The notes below the pieces were generated by a model that saw only the letters and a list, made by a program, of their open reading frames with translations, searched no databases and was not told where the DNA came from. Made by a program: the position numbers and the translations under genes. Positions 42,888-55,376 of a stretch of 64,000 nucleotides of DNA are shown one piece after another. This DNA is from Desulfatiglandales bacterium (lineage in GTDB: Bacteria; Desulfobacterota; DSM-4660; Desulfatiglandales; Desulfatiglandaceae). Each line of letters begins with the position of its first letter. The first letter of the stretch is position 1. The DNA lies in contig OY759599.1 in NCBI GenBank assembly GCA_963662465.1, forward strand, positions 2,976,001 to 3,040,000, read 5' to 3'.

Positions 42888-43556
42888 TCATTGTCCCGCC
42901 TCCATCCCCGCGCTGATATAAACCGCCGCCAGGATAGCAAAAATATAAGCCTGCACCAGCCCCGTCAACAGTCCCAGGAGCTGCATGAGGATGGGAAAGA
43001 TCAGGGGGGCAATAATCAGCAGAATGCCCCCGATCATGGAACTGCTCATGACGTTTCCGAAGAGTCGCACGGACAGCGCCAACGTCCGGCTCAATTCTCC
43101 CATGATATTAAAGGGCAGCATGAAGGGCGTGGGACGCAGATAATTTTGAAGATACCGCCCAAACCCAATTTCTCCGATCCCGTAGATGGGCACCGCCGCA
43201 AATACGCAGCCGGCAAGACCCGCCGAGGTGGAAAGGGACCCGGTGGGCGGCTCAAAACCGGGGATAATGGAGAGCAGATTACACACGGCGATAAACAAAA
43301 AAAGGGTTCCCAGGAAGGGGAGTAACCCCTTGGGTTGATGGGGCGAAATCTCCCGAAGCTGCTGATCGATGCCGTGAACCACCACCTCCAGCACATGCTG
43401 CACCCGTGAGATATGCACCCCCGTGCCCAATCTCCGCGTCACCAGCCAGGACCCCACCGTGAGCAGCGCCATGACAACCCAGGTGAACAAAATGGTGCTG
43501 TTCAATTCAAACAAGCCGAAACGCCACCAGATATGATCATCAGGACTGAGCTGCAT
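42888..43556 (-). CDS. atpB: N-ATPase a subunit
   Basis: LSRTLALSVRLFGN, VQAYIF. Confidence 0.95.
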   Translation of the reverse strand: MQLSPDDHIWWRFGLFELNSTILFTWVVMALLTVGSWLVTRRLGTGVHISRVQHVLEVVVHGIDQQLREISPHQPKGLLPFLGTLFLFIAVCNLLSIIPGFEPPTGSLSTSAGLAGCVFAAVPIYGIGEIGFGRYLQNYLRPTPFMLPFNIMGELSRTLALSVRLFGNVMSSSMIGGILLIIAPLIFPILMQLLGLLTGLVQAYIFAILAAVYISAGMEAGQ

Positions 43557-43842
43557 GCTCTTTTTCTCCGTTTTTGGGACCCAGGACGCGGGTCAGAATA
43601 ATTCTAACGCCGAAAAAAGCCACAACCGTAAAGAGAAGCGCCACACCACCCTTTTGAACCACAATCCAGAAACCGGCCAGAACCCCGGCCACACGCACCA
43701 GATAACTGACCGCCAGCCGGCGTTTGGGGCACTTCTTCCCCGGCATTGTCTTCAGGGTCATCCATAACCCCCCGAAATAGAACAACCCCAGGACCACACC
43801 CCACAAAAAAGCCAGTCCCCACAGAGTCACATCACAACGCAT
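43540..43842 (-). CDS. atpR: N-ATPase subunit AtpR
   Basis: FYFGGLWMT motif, two intramembrane Arg, position between atpQ and atpB. Confidence 0.85.
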   Translation of the reverse strand: MRCDVTLWGLAFLWGVVLGLFYFGGLWMTLKTMPGKKCPKRRLAVSYLVRVAGVLAGFWIVVQKGGVALLFTVVAFFGVRIILTRVLGPKNGEKEHAAQS

Positions 43843-43860
43843 CCATTTCTCCTATGTCCG

Positions 43861-43900
43861 CCCTCTGACCTCCGACCTCTGCCCCCTGACCTCCGACCTC
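43861..43900. repeat. Heptamer tandem array (CCTCYGA)n
   Basis: cctctga cctccga cctctgc cccctga cctccga between atpQ and atpR. Confidence 0.85.
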
Positions 43901-44208
43901 ACCCTTCCCGCTCCCGATTAATGGCGCTCCGCTGCCGATTAATCCAGAACCACGCATTAAGACAGCCCACAATCAGGCCGATCATGAGGAGCATGAGGGT
44001 CCAGGAATAGGAACTCGGCCATTTCAAATCGATCCACACCCCCAGAAAAATGCCCAGCACCGTGGGAATAGCCACGGCCCATCCCACCACGCCGAAAAGC
44101 CCCAAACCGAACCACACCTCGTCGGTCTTCCGGTTCCGGGCCCGCAGTTTGCGTTTCTCCCGGATGTCGATCTCCCGGGAAAAGCGTTTTCCGTGTTTTG
44201 CCGCATCA

Positions 44209-44216
<8 letters not shown>
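43899..44216 (-). CDS. atpQ: N-ATPase AtpQ (AtpZ/AtpI family)
   Basis: WFGLGLFGVVGWAVAIPT..G.WID; start MPDDA. Confidence 0.88.
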
Positions 44217-46037
<1,821 letters not shown>

Positions 46038-46176
46038 TTAGTCATAAACATGATGATTTAATTCTTAACATGAATTCATGATACAATCTACTTCAAAATG
46101 AAACCGTAATATGGTAAAAATTCGCGACTCTGCAATTTGCACCAAACCAGTCCTACTGTTTTATGGAGGTTTCCCT

Positions 46177-48471
46177 ATGAGTCCACTGCAACGTCTCCGC
46201 CCTTTCGCGGGCCGGTTGCTTTTGATGGTCCTGCTGTTGTACGCCCTTCCGGTCCTCGCCTACGAACCGGCGCCGGATCCTCGCGACACCGCCCTCGCTT
46301 CTTCCGAGGAAGAAATTGAGGATCTCCTGGGCATCATGGAAAGCCCCACAAAACGGGAAGCCTTTATCAAAAACCTGAAAGGTCTCCTGGATGCCAAAAG
46401 GGCCATGGAGGAAAAAAAGGCGCGTAAAGAAGCCGGCGAGAAGGACGAACAAACGGTAATCCTTCGCCTGGTTTTTGATCAACTGGACCGGATTTCCATG
46501 GATTTTCAAAGGGAAACCATCGCCCTGGAGCTTATGGCGGAGGAACTGCCGGAAACCTTTGCGGCGGCAAAAACATTTTTTCTCAAAACGGAAAACCGCC
46601 CTCGCCTGCGGGTCCTGCTCCTGGACGCTGCGGTGGCGCTCCTGGCGGCACTGTTGTTCACCCTTTTCCTGCGGCGTCCGCTCCGTTCGGCAACAGTCAG
46701 AATGAAAAACCTTCCCTCAAAAATAGGATGGGGGTTTGTTTACATCCTCCTCAAAGCGCTGCCCTTTGCCGTTCTATTTATCCTGTTCGACATCATGTTT
46801 CGATCCTTTCCGTCATTTTCCAAGGGCCGCACCCTTGTTCTCCTCCTGTTCACCCTGCTGTTTTTCTACCAGGTGGTCATGGCCGCTTTGCATGTCATCT
46901 TCTCCCCAGAAGAAACACATGCCCGCCTGGCGCCATTTTCCGACGAAGACGCCAACTACCTGTGGATCTGGGCGCGACGCTTTGCCCTTTACACCTTCTT
47001 CTATCTGATGGTCACCCGGTCATTTCTGTGGACCCAGGAACCGCAGATCTATTATGCCTACCTTCGAGGCTTGCTGCTGCTGCCTTTTCCCCTCATGCTC
47101 ACCGTGTTCATTTTCCAGTTGGCCCGTGAAATTCGTATGAAGCACGCACGCGCACCCGAAACGGATAAAAAGCCGTCAGGGGCTGTAAAACCAGGAGAAA
47201 ATTCAAAGAAGAAACGAAACCGAATCACCTTGGAATTCATCCGATACTGGCCCATCCTGGCCACCGGTTATGCCTGGGCCTTTTTTCTGTCGCTCATCAT
47301 GAAATATGAAAAGGGCTTCGAGTACCTTTTTCGCGCGACATTGGGAACGGCGGTCGCAGCCATCCTGCTGGTCGTTTCATTTCGCGCCCTGGACCTGATC
47401 TTCACCCGGTTTTTCCGAATCAACCAGCTTGCCAGGCAGCGTTTCCCCGGCATGGAAGAAAAAGCCAACCGGTATTTGCTGATTGTCAAGAAGGGTCTGA
47501 GAATATTCATGTTGCTGGTCGGTTCGGGGGTCGTGGGCCAGATCTGGGGAATTCCCGTATCCACTTTCGTGGCCTCGAACACGGGGGCCACAATCATCCT
47601 TCGAATCGTGGCCATCAGCTTCACCATCACCATCATCGTAGCCGCCATTGAAATCAACAATGCCATCTCCGCTTATCTTCTCAAGGAAAAGCGAGGCGGT
47701 AAAAAAAGAGAGGTCACCCAAAAAACGAAAACCCTCATTCCGGTCATTCAGACCGCCATCAACATCGCCGTCGGTTTCGTGGGAGGCATCGTCGTACTGG
47801 AACGACTGGGGGTCAATACCACGCCCATCCTGGCCGGTGCGGGAATCGTGGGTCTGGCGGTGGGGTTCGGCAGCCAGACCCTGGTAAAGGACCTCATCAG
47901 CGGCCTTTTCATTCTATTTGAAGAAAGCATTCGCGTGGGAGACTGGGCCATGGTGGGGAAACAGGGCGGGTCAGTGGAATCAGTGGGTCTCAGGACCGTA
48001 AAACTCAGGGACATGAACGGCACCCTTCATGTGATCTCCAACAGCAGTATCGATAGTCTGAGCAATTTTTCCAAGGTCTTTTCACGAACCGTCATGGATA
48101 TCGGCGTGGCCTACCGGGAAGATATAGATCAGGTCATTGAGATATTGAAGGAACTAGGTAAAGAACTTCAAAATGATCCGGAATATGGGCCTGATATCAT
48201 GGAGCCCCTGGAGGTTTTCGGGCTGGACCGCTTTGAAGACTCGGCGGTGATCATTCGCGCCCGATTCAAAACCAAACCCTTGAAACAATGGGGCATCAAA
48301 CGCGCCTTTTACCGGCTCATGAAGCGAACCTTTGATGAACGGGGCATTGAAATCCCCTTTCCCCATCGCACCCTCTATATGGGAGAACCCAAACAAGGGA
48401 CCGCCCCACCCCTATATGTCAATGTGGAACCCCATAAGACGGGGCAAAATCCGGTTGAAACCGGAAACTAA
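46177..48471 (+). CDS. Large MscS-family mechanosensitive channel
   Basis: AGAGIVGLAVGFGSQTLVKDLISG, GIEIPFPHR; extra N-terminal TM region; GGAGGT RBS. Confidence 0.92.
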   Translation: MSPLQRLRPFAGRLLLMVLLLYALPVLAYEPAPDPRDTALASSEEEIEDLLGIMESPTKREAFIKNLKGLLDAKRAMEEKKARKEAGEKDEQTVILRLVFDQLDRISMDFQRETIALELMAEELPETFAAAKTFFLKTENRPRLRVLLLDAAVALLAALLFTLFLRRPLRSATVRMKNLPSKIGWGFVYILLKALPFAVLFILFDIMFRSFPSFSKGRTLVLLLFTLLFFYQVVMAALHVIFSPEETHARLAPFSDEDANYLWIWARRFALYTFFYLMVTRSFLWTQEPQIYYAYLRGLLLLPFPLMLTVFIFQLAREIRMKHARAPETDKKPSGAVKPGENSKKKRNRITLEFIRYWPILATGYAWAFFLSLIMKYEKGFEYLFRATLGTAVAAILLVVSFRALDLIFTRFFRINQLARQRFPGMEEKANRYLLIVKKGLRIFMLLVGSGVVGQIWGIPVSTFVASNTGATIILRIVAISFTITIIVAAIEINNAISAYLLKEKRGGKKREVTQKTKTLIPVIQTAINIAVGFVGGIVVLERLGVNTTPILAGAGIVGLAVGFGSQTLVKDLISGLFILFEESIRVGDWAMVGKQGGSVESVGLRTVKLRDMNGTLHVISNSSIDSLSNFSKVFSRTVMDIGVAYREDIDQVIEILKELGKELQNDPEYGPDIMEPLEVFGLDRFEDSAVIIRARFKTKPLKQWGIKRAFYRLMKRTFDERGIEIPFPHRTLYMGEPKQGTAPPLYVNVEPHKTGQNPVETGN

Positions 48472-48485
48472 GGCGGCAAGCCGCA

Positions 48486-48566
48486 GTTTTAAGTTTTAAG
48501 TTTTAAGTCTTCCCATCAATCATTTTTTTGTTTTTAACTTAAAACTTAAAACCTAAAACTTAAAAC
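48486..48566. repeat. Inverted heptamer arrays (GTTTTAA)3 ... (CTTAAAA)4
   Basis: Read directly between the MscS gene and corA. Confidence 0.9.
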
Positions 48567-48593
48567 CGTGTCTAAAGCAGGAGGTCATCCATT

Positions 48594-49670
<1,077 letters not shown>

Positions 49671-49744
49671 ATTAAAAATCGCCGGCAATTCCAACTGTGT
49701 TGATTATGCTCGGTCAAGCCCTCTTTGTTGATCTGGGAAAAAGA

Positions 49745-50107
49745 TTAGGCGGCAGACCTCTGTGGTTTGTTGTATCCTCTGTCGCCATATGGCGTTAGCG
49801 TCTCAGTCCAATGTTCTTCGAGAAAACTAAGATCTTCAGCAGGATCATAAGTAGGATCATCCAACGGTTTTAGGACTTCAAGCGCCTTGAACTCAAACAC
49901 TTCAGGACCAAATTGTTTCCATTCGCACTGCAACGCATTATTGCGGCAACAGCCCATCTTCAACTCAGCTCTAAACCGATTAAGTATAGCCGGCAAATTA
50001 TGGCTCGATCCGATTAGAACCTTGCCATTCATCTTGTTTTTTATCTGATAGACACCCATGGGACGAGGCGTATCTTTATATTCTTGTATCTTGGCTTTTC
50101 TGTCCAT
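49745..50107 (-). CDS. GIY-YIG nuclease family protein
   Basis: GVYQIKN..VLIGSS, conserved Arg, FEF..LE. Confidence 0.8.
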   Translation of the reverse strand: MDRKAKIQEYKDTPRPMGVYQIKNKMNGKVLIGSSHNLPAILNRFRAELKMGCCRNNALQCEWKQFGPEVFEFKALEVLKPLDDPTYDPAEDLSFLEEHWTETLTPYGDRGYNKPQRSAA

Positions 50108-50123
50108 CTTTCCTTACCTATGA

Positions 50124-50558
50124 TTAGTTGATATTCCCACCAAGAAGACTGAGCGCACTTAATATCTCACTAAAACCGCTTTCTTCTAATTTGGAAAGGA
50201 TTTCCCGTGAAGTAGCATTCAGGCTTAGGGTTGCTTCTTGGAGAATTCTTTTTCCAGAAGTTGATAACTTGACTAAGCTCACCCTAGCGTCACGCTTGTT
50301 AGCCTCTTTATGAACAAGACCGATTTTTTCCATGGGTGTAACCAATCGGGTTATCCCGGATGCAGAGAGACCGATTTTTTCAGCTAAATCAATCCGTCTC
50401 ATCTTTTTTTCCATTGCTTGATCTAAATGAAAAAGGATCATGAATTCTGAGAAATTGATGCCATGAATACTCAGTTGATTATCTAATTTCTTTGAGATGT
50501 TCGTGTGAACTACTGAGAAATTAAGGCAAAATTTTGAGTATCGTGTAAGTTCGTGCAT
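50124..50558 (-). CDS. MarR-family transcriptional regulator
   Basis: DLAEKIGLSASGITR..D.R...V.L; likely start MHEL. Confidence 0.88.
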   Translation of the reverse strand: MHELTRYSKFCLNFSVVHTNISKKLDNQLSIHGINFSEFMILFHLDQAMEKKMRRIDLAEKIGLSASGITRLVTPMEKIGLVHKEANKRDARVSLVKLSTSGKRILQEATLSLNATSREILSKLEESGFSEILSALSLLGGNIN

Positions 50559-50563
50559 GTTTA

Positions 50564-50619
50564 TATCCTTTACATATGCTTGACTACTCAAGTATATGTA
50601 AAGGATACTGTCTCGTCAA
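50564..50619 (-). promoter_or_regulatory. Sigma70 promoter overlapped by a 44-bp palindromic operator
   Basis: Minus strand TTGACG-17 nt-TATACT; 20-bp arms 50564-50583 and 50588-50607 with one mismatch. Confidence 0.8.
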
Positions 50620-50989
50620 GGGTAAACTGACGCTTTAAACGGTTTTTTTTTCGTGTGTTTCACGGCTGGAAATCTTATAAAGGCCCCATTTCACCTTCAA
50701 GGCACCGTCAGTAAGAATACAGAGCGGGTTTCATGCTCAGAATGGTTCTGTAATCAATATGAAACAGGAGTAAGATAGGATTACGGAGAGTACCCTTAGA
50801 ATGAATTACCTGCTAGAATAAAAGCATTTTTCGCAATGTAATATTTCTTCAGCAACCATACAGGTTCCTTTTTTGATAGTGTTATGGCAAAAATTTTCGC
50901 TTGAAGTGGTTTAAAAAAAGACCTAAAATAAGACCCGAATATATACCGACCTGTTCTCAAAAAACCATATTTTACAGGAGGTTACAAAA

Positions 50990-51683
50990 TCATGCTCAGT
51001 GCGGAACATATGAAATCTCTACCCGACTTTTTTGCTCAAATTCCCGACCCGCGTCGATCCCGGGGACGACGTCACAGGCTCTCCACTGTTCTGGCCATTG
51101 CCACCGCCGCAACACTGTGCGGAATGCGCGGTTATCTGGCGATATCCGATTGGGTACCTGTATTTTGAGGGCTGCAACGATCCTGATTTCATACAACACG
51201 ATGCTCCCGATCATGGTCGCATCGAAGTGCGCAAAATATGGACGACTACCGAACTTAACCTATACCTGGATTTCCCGTATGTCGGCCAGGCTTTTATGAT
51301 CCAGAGAGAAGTTACAAACAAGAAAACCGGTAAATGCACAGTTGAGGTTGCTTACGGCATAACGAGTCAATCACCTGATCAGGCGAATCCCGAACGTGTA
51401 CTTTCTATCAATCGCGGTCACTGGACCATTGAAAACGAGTGCCATTACATCATCGACTGGAACTACGACGAAGATCGAAGCCGAATAAGAACCGGCAATG
51501 GTCCTGAAAACATGACCAGGCTGCGTAGATTCGCGGTGGGCATCATTAAGGCGAAAGGCGTTCGCAGTGTAGCCCAGAAAATGCGCCAGCTCACGCAGAA
51601 CGTAAGGGGTGTCTTCGACTATCTCAAGATGACCAAAAATTCAGTGCCCCAAGCGTGATACCTGTTAGAACAAATTTACCGTG
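50990..51683 (+). mobile_element. ISAs1-family transposase remnant, internally deleted
   Basis: IPDPRRSRGRRHRL N-terminal domain joined out of frame at ~51157 to HGRIE..RGHWTIEN..YDEDRSRIR. Confidence 0.85.
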
Positions 51684-51701
51684 TCAAGAAGGCTGGTATT
51701 G

Positions 51702-51717
51702 TGGCACGGAATTTGTT
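51702..51717 (+). promoter_or_regulatory. Possible sigma54 promoter
   Basis: TGGCACG-GAAT-TTGT; the -12 element deviates from TTGC. Confidence 0.35.
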
Positions 51718-51885
51718 ATATGGGGAATGGTTCGTAATGGAAAACAGGGATGGTACGCTCGGCAAAAAAATTGGGGTTGACGGGTGTGTCTTTTCGATTT
51801 TGACTCGGCCATATTTCCAATAACGCACTAATAAACAGTGGTTCCGTATGCGAAGGAACAACTCAATGCAAAAGGAGGAGTAAGT

Positions 51886-52398
51886 ATGAAGAGGGTTTTA
51901 ATAACAGTGCTGGTGGGTCTTCTAAGTTCGGCAGTTTTGTGTATGTCTACTTTTGCGCAGACTGAAAGACCGGAGAATTCCATGGCCCAGGATATGCTGA
52001 TCAAGAGTGAGGTGGAAACTGCGGTAAGTATGCTTCAGGCAATCCATGCAAAGCATCAACGGGGGGAAATGACCCTTGAGGAGGCAAAAGAGCTTGGTAC
52101 CGACCTGCTGCGGGAACTTAGGTACGGCACTGACGGGTATTTCTGGGCCGATACGACGGAAGGCGTCAATGTGGTCCTGTATGGCCGAAAGGATGTGGAG
52201 GGAAGAAATCGGCTTGAGGACAAGGACCCAAAGGGCACGTACTACGTAAAGGAGTTTCTGGCAAAAGGGAAAGCCGGTGGCGGGTATGCCGAGTACTGGT
52301 TTCCGAAGAAGAGACAAACCATCGCACAACCCAAGAGGTCATATACGCTGCTGTTTGAAGGATTCGGATGGGTTGTCGGTAGTGGGTACTACCGCTGA
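51886..52398 (+). CDS. Secreted stand-alone Cache-domain protein
   Basis: AGGAGG RBS, signal peptide, LRYGTDGYFW..GGY.EYWFPK..PKRSY..GWVVGSGYY. Confidence 0.88.
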   Translation: MKRVLITVLVGLLSSAVLCMSTFAQTERPENSMAQDMLIKSEVETAVSMLQAIHAKHQRGEMTLEEAKELGTDLLRELRYGTDGYFWADTTEGVNVVLYGRKDVEGRNRLEDKDPKGTYYVKEFLAKGKAGGGYAEYWFPKKRQTIAQPKRSYTLLFEGFGWVVGSGYYR

Positions 52399-52436
52399 AA
52401 ACGCCAAAGGATAGCACAAGGTTCATATCGTGAATT

Positions 52437-52497
52437 GCCCAACAAGGCAAATGCAGCCGGCGCTCGACAACTCGCACGGCTGATTTTCGCGTTAACT
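52437..52497 (+). other. Integron attC-like recombination site
   Basis: R'' GCCCAAC, inner arms AAATGCAGCCG / CGGCTGATTT with one unpaired base, R' GTTAACT; 61 bp; just after a stop codon. Confidence 0.7.
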
Positions 52498-52730
52498 TGC
52501 GACACAAAGTCGCATAGTTTGAGTGTATTTAGGTATTTACCTTGAGTACCCGGCATGTTCCTGCCGGACCCTACGCAGGCGTGCTGCCGGCGCACTGATG
52601 CCGGGGTACGAAGCCCTACGGACAACGTACCGAATTGGGTTCAAATGGTGACGGGAGAACCCCTCCGGGAATCCTCCCCCAGTTAAGGGCCAGGGTCGGA
52701 TAATATGGTGAAGATATCTGAACGTCTTTA
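52497..52730 (+). mobile_element. Probable 5' remnant (domain I) of a group IIB intron
   Basis: Begins TTGCGACACAAAGTCGC (variant of the GUGYG start); GC-rich, structured, non-coding; no RT ORF or domain V follows. Confidence 0.45.
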
Positions 52731-52800
52731 AGCGTCGATTACAAGCACAAACTGAAGGAATATCTCATGGTCCGCCCTTGGTATAAATCCAAGCATTTCC

Positions 52801-53667
52801 TTAAAACCCAAATATCGAATCAATCTCCTTCGTAAAAAGCGGATAGAGAAGATTTTGAGCCTTTTTCCATCGAAGCGGAAATCCCGGATCAACAATTCTT
52901 TCCTTTACCGCCAGTTCCTGAAGTCGCTGTATCATGGTATGTCCCGAAACCAGCTGACTGCACGCTTCCGTGCAAATCTGACACGTGATACACAGCCAGA
53001 TGGAGGGAGATTTGAGAATTTCTTTTTCCAATCCCAGGTTGACCATGCGAAAAATCCATTGGGGGTCAAAGATGTTTCGTTCAAAACAGATGGGACAGGC
53101 ATTGGTGCATTCCGAACAGTTGAAACATGAAGCCGTTGCCGAACGTTCGGCCTCATCCAGGAACCCCTGGGAAGGCGACAGATCCGATAAACATACATCT
53201 TCCGTTATAATCTCAATGGGGCTCTCCAGCCACTCCCGCCACTGAAATTGGGAAATGGAGGTCATCTCCCCTTTGAGGCATTGTTCTGCAACCCGCCAGC
53301 GAACCCGCTGAAACCGTGCATAGAAATCCCTGTAGCGTGAAAGGGTTTCCTCGGAATATAAATGGGTGCGAACCGCCTCTTTGAGCAAAAACCCAATCAC
53401 CGTTTCCGGCTCACAGGCATTGGGACAAGAACGGGTACAACGTTTGCACGCCAGGCAATACCAAATTTCCGGCAAGGCCACCAATTCATCCAAGAGCCCC
53501 AGGTTTGCCATGCGCAAAACTTTTTGAGGACGTAAACGGCTCGATCCCAGAAAAACCGGACATTCCGAATCACAGGCGCTGCAAGCCCAGCAAAGAGAAG
53601 CGTTGGCCTTGGTTTTTTCCTGTATCGCTTTTCTTGCTTCCGGACTGGGGGTAGAATATGTGGTCAT
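52801..53667 (-). CDS. Tandem HdrC-like 4Fe-4S dicluster protein
   Basis: Two units of CxxCxxCxxxCP ... W.CxxCxxCxxxC; likely start MTTYS. Confidence 0.8.
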   Translation of the reverse strand: MTTYSTPSPEARKAIQEKTKANASLCWACSACDSECPVFLGSSRLRPQKVLRMANLGLLDELVALPEIWYCLACKRCTRSCPNACEPETVIGFLLKEAVRTHLYSEETLSRYRDFYARFQRVRWRVAEQCLKGEMTSISQFQWREWLESPIEIITEDVCLSDLSPSQGFLDEAERSATASCFNCSECTNACPICFERNIFDPQWIFRMVNLGLEKEILKSPSIWLCITCQICTEACSQLVSGHTMIQRLQELAVKERIVDPGFPLRWKKAQNLLYPLFTKEIDSIFGF

Positions 53668-53798
53668 GTCTCCATTTCCTCCTGCTTTATTTACACCCTG
53701 AGACTCCTTGCATTTTCTTCCCTCGGCTGACAACCGGCGTTGCAAGGCATGATAAGGGAAAAAGCGTACCATTTTCCCCGTCGGGAAGTCAATGCATC

Positions 53799-54527
53799 CT
53801 AAGATCTTTTCAAAACTTCTCCCTGGGTGCTGATGACCACGGTTTCCATTGGAATCGCCTTTTCAGCAACCGCCATGGCCCGCCTGATCATCGTGGGCAA
53901 TCCGGAGCAGCAGGGAACTTCCATAATCAATATCGTAATGCTTTTGATTTCCACTGCCTTGAAAATATCCGTAAACTTCTGAATATAGGCTTCCCCATCA
54001 TCGAACTTCGGGCATCCGATCATAACCACCTTTCCCTTAAGATAATCCTGGTGAAAATTGGCGCAGGCAACCGTCGTGCAATCCGCCGCAATCAGGAGGT
54101 CCGCGTCTTTCAAAAACGGGGCATGGGGCTGAACCAGATGGATCTGGACCGGCCAGTGGGAAAGCTTTGACATTCCCCCTTGCACGCCATCGGGAATAAA
54201 AGTCTGGATTTGGGAGGATGGACAACCGGCCGCGGGAAGGGTCTTTTCCGGTACTTTCGGCTTTTCCTTCAAATACTTTTCCACCGCTTCTTCATCAAAA
54301 TCATCTGCTTCACGCTCCACAATCCGAAGGGCATCATTGGGACATTCCCCCATACAGGCGCCCAATCCATCACAATACTTTTCCGCCACCACGCGGGCTT
54401 TGCCATCAATAACCTCAATGGCCCCTTCTGCACAGGCGGGCACGCATACGCCGCACCCATCGCAGCGTTCCTCATCTATTTCGATTATTTTACGCATGAC
54501 TTTCATGCTCTTTCTCCTTTGCCTCAT
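53799..54527 (-). CDS. 4Fe-4S binding protein with C-terminal Cys-rich domain
   Basis: CDGCGVCVPAC, CDGLGACMGECP, WPVQ, ADC, GCPK, MEVPCC. Confidence 0.88.
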   Translation of the reverse strand: MRQRRKSMKVMRKIIEIDEERCDGCGVCVPACAEGAIEVIDGKARVVAEKYCDGLGACMGECPNDALRIVEREADDFDEEAVEKYLKEKPKVPEKTLPAAGCPSSQIQTFIPDGVQGGMSKLSHWPVQIHLVQPHAPFLKDADLLIAADCTTVACANFHQDYLKGKVVMIGCPKFDDGEAYIQKFTDIFKAVEIKSITILIMEVPCCSGLPTMIRRAMAVAEKAIPMETVVISTQGEVLKRS

Positions 54528-55252
54528 TTCAGAAGTGTTTTTTCGGCGAGTTTTCGACCGCTTTCAGTGAGAAATGATTTTGACAGCGTATGACGCAAGT
54601 TTTCCCTGTTCAATGGGTTTTTCTTTTGCGCTTCTTCCAGGTTGGCAATCAAATCCGCGTCGTAAAGACTCTTGAAATTGACGGTTTCCGCTTCTCGGGG
54701 ATGATGGTGATGGCCAATAATATCGCACACCTCATCAACGAGACCCTCAGCAGCTCCCAGCTTCTTCAAAATCTCCCTCGCAATAGGGGGGCCTTCCTGC
54801 TCCTGGTATTTGGCGGCGGTACTGTCATATTTCCGTTCAGCTTCCTTGATGCCGATGTCATGCAGATATGCCGCGGCCAGCACAACCGCCAGATTCCCCT
54901 GTTCCTCCCTGCCGATCTGCTCGGCATAGCGCGCTACGCGACTCGCATGACCGATTCTTTTAAAATCCTGTTTGAAATAGCGCTTCATTTCAATGGCGAC
55001 CCTGTCTTTCAGCAGATCTTCCTTGTCCTTAAGGAGTTCGGGAGGAAGATTTCCAATGCATTGCTCTGCGTACTGACAGTAGGAAGCACACCCGAAATCA
55101 AGATCGGGATTCAAAAAACGATGACCGCATTTGGGGCATTTTCGGGTGGGATCATCTTTAAAAAATTCCACTTCATTTCCACATTTTGGGCATTTGACAT
55201 CAAAAACCGCCCCTGCTTTCCAATACTGACTGTCCTGTCCCGGGCATTTCAT
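54524..55252 (-). CDS. HD-domain phosphohydrolase with N-terminal Cys/Zn-ribbon
   Basis: MKCPGQD, CPKC twice, LHDIG, IGHHH, DAD. Confidence 0.88.
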   Translation of the reverse strand: MKCPGQDSQYWKAGAVFDVKCPKCGNEVEFFKDDPTRKCPKCGHRFLNPDLDFGCASYCQYAEQCIGNLPPELLKDKEDLLKDRVAIEMKRYFKQDFKRIGHASRVARYAEQIGREEQGNLAVVLAAAYLHDIGIKEAERKYDSTAAKYQEQEGPPIAREILKKLGAAEGLVDEVCDIIGHHHHPREAETVNFKSLYDADLIANLEEAQKKNPLNRENLRHTLSKSFLTESGRKLAEKTLLK

Positions 55253-55358
55253 GATATCCTCCTTTTCGAATTGTTTCGTAAAAAGGCCCCAAAAGGCTCT
55301 TTTCAGATTTAACGACAGCAACATTTGACGCTATTATGGTCCGCAAAAAAACAAATCA

Positions 55359-55376
55359 CCTTGACTTAAGTCAAGG
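55359..55376. promoter_or_regulatory. Perfect 18-bp palindrome resembling a CRP/FNR-family site
   Basis: CCTTGACTTAAGTCAAGG (TTGAC-N4-GTCAA). Confidence 0.55.

Noticed and set aside
46069..46080. Palindrome CATGAATTCATG between atpD and the MscS gene
   Set aside because: 12 bp in AT-rich DNA with no second copy or identifiable regulator
49745..50558. MarR and GIY-YIG genes as integron cassettes
   Set aside because: No attC-like structure found downstream; opposite strand to the attC-bearing gene
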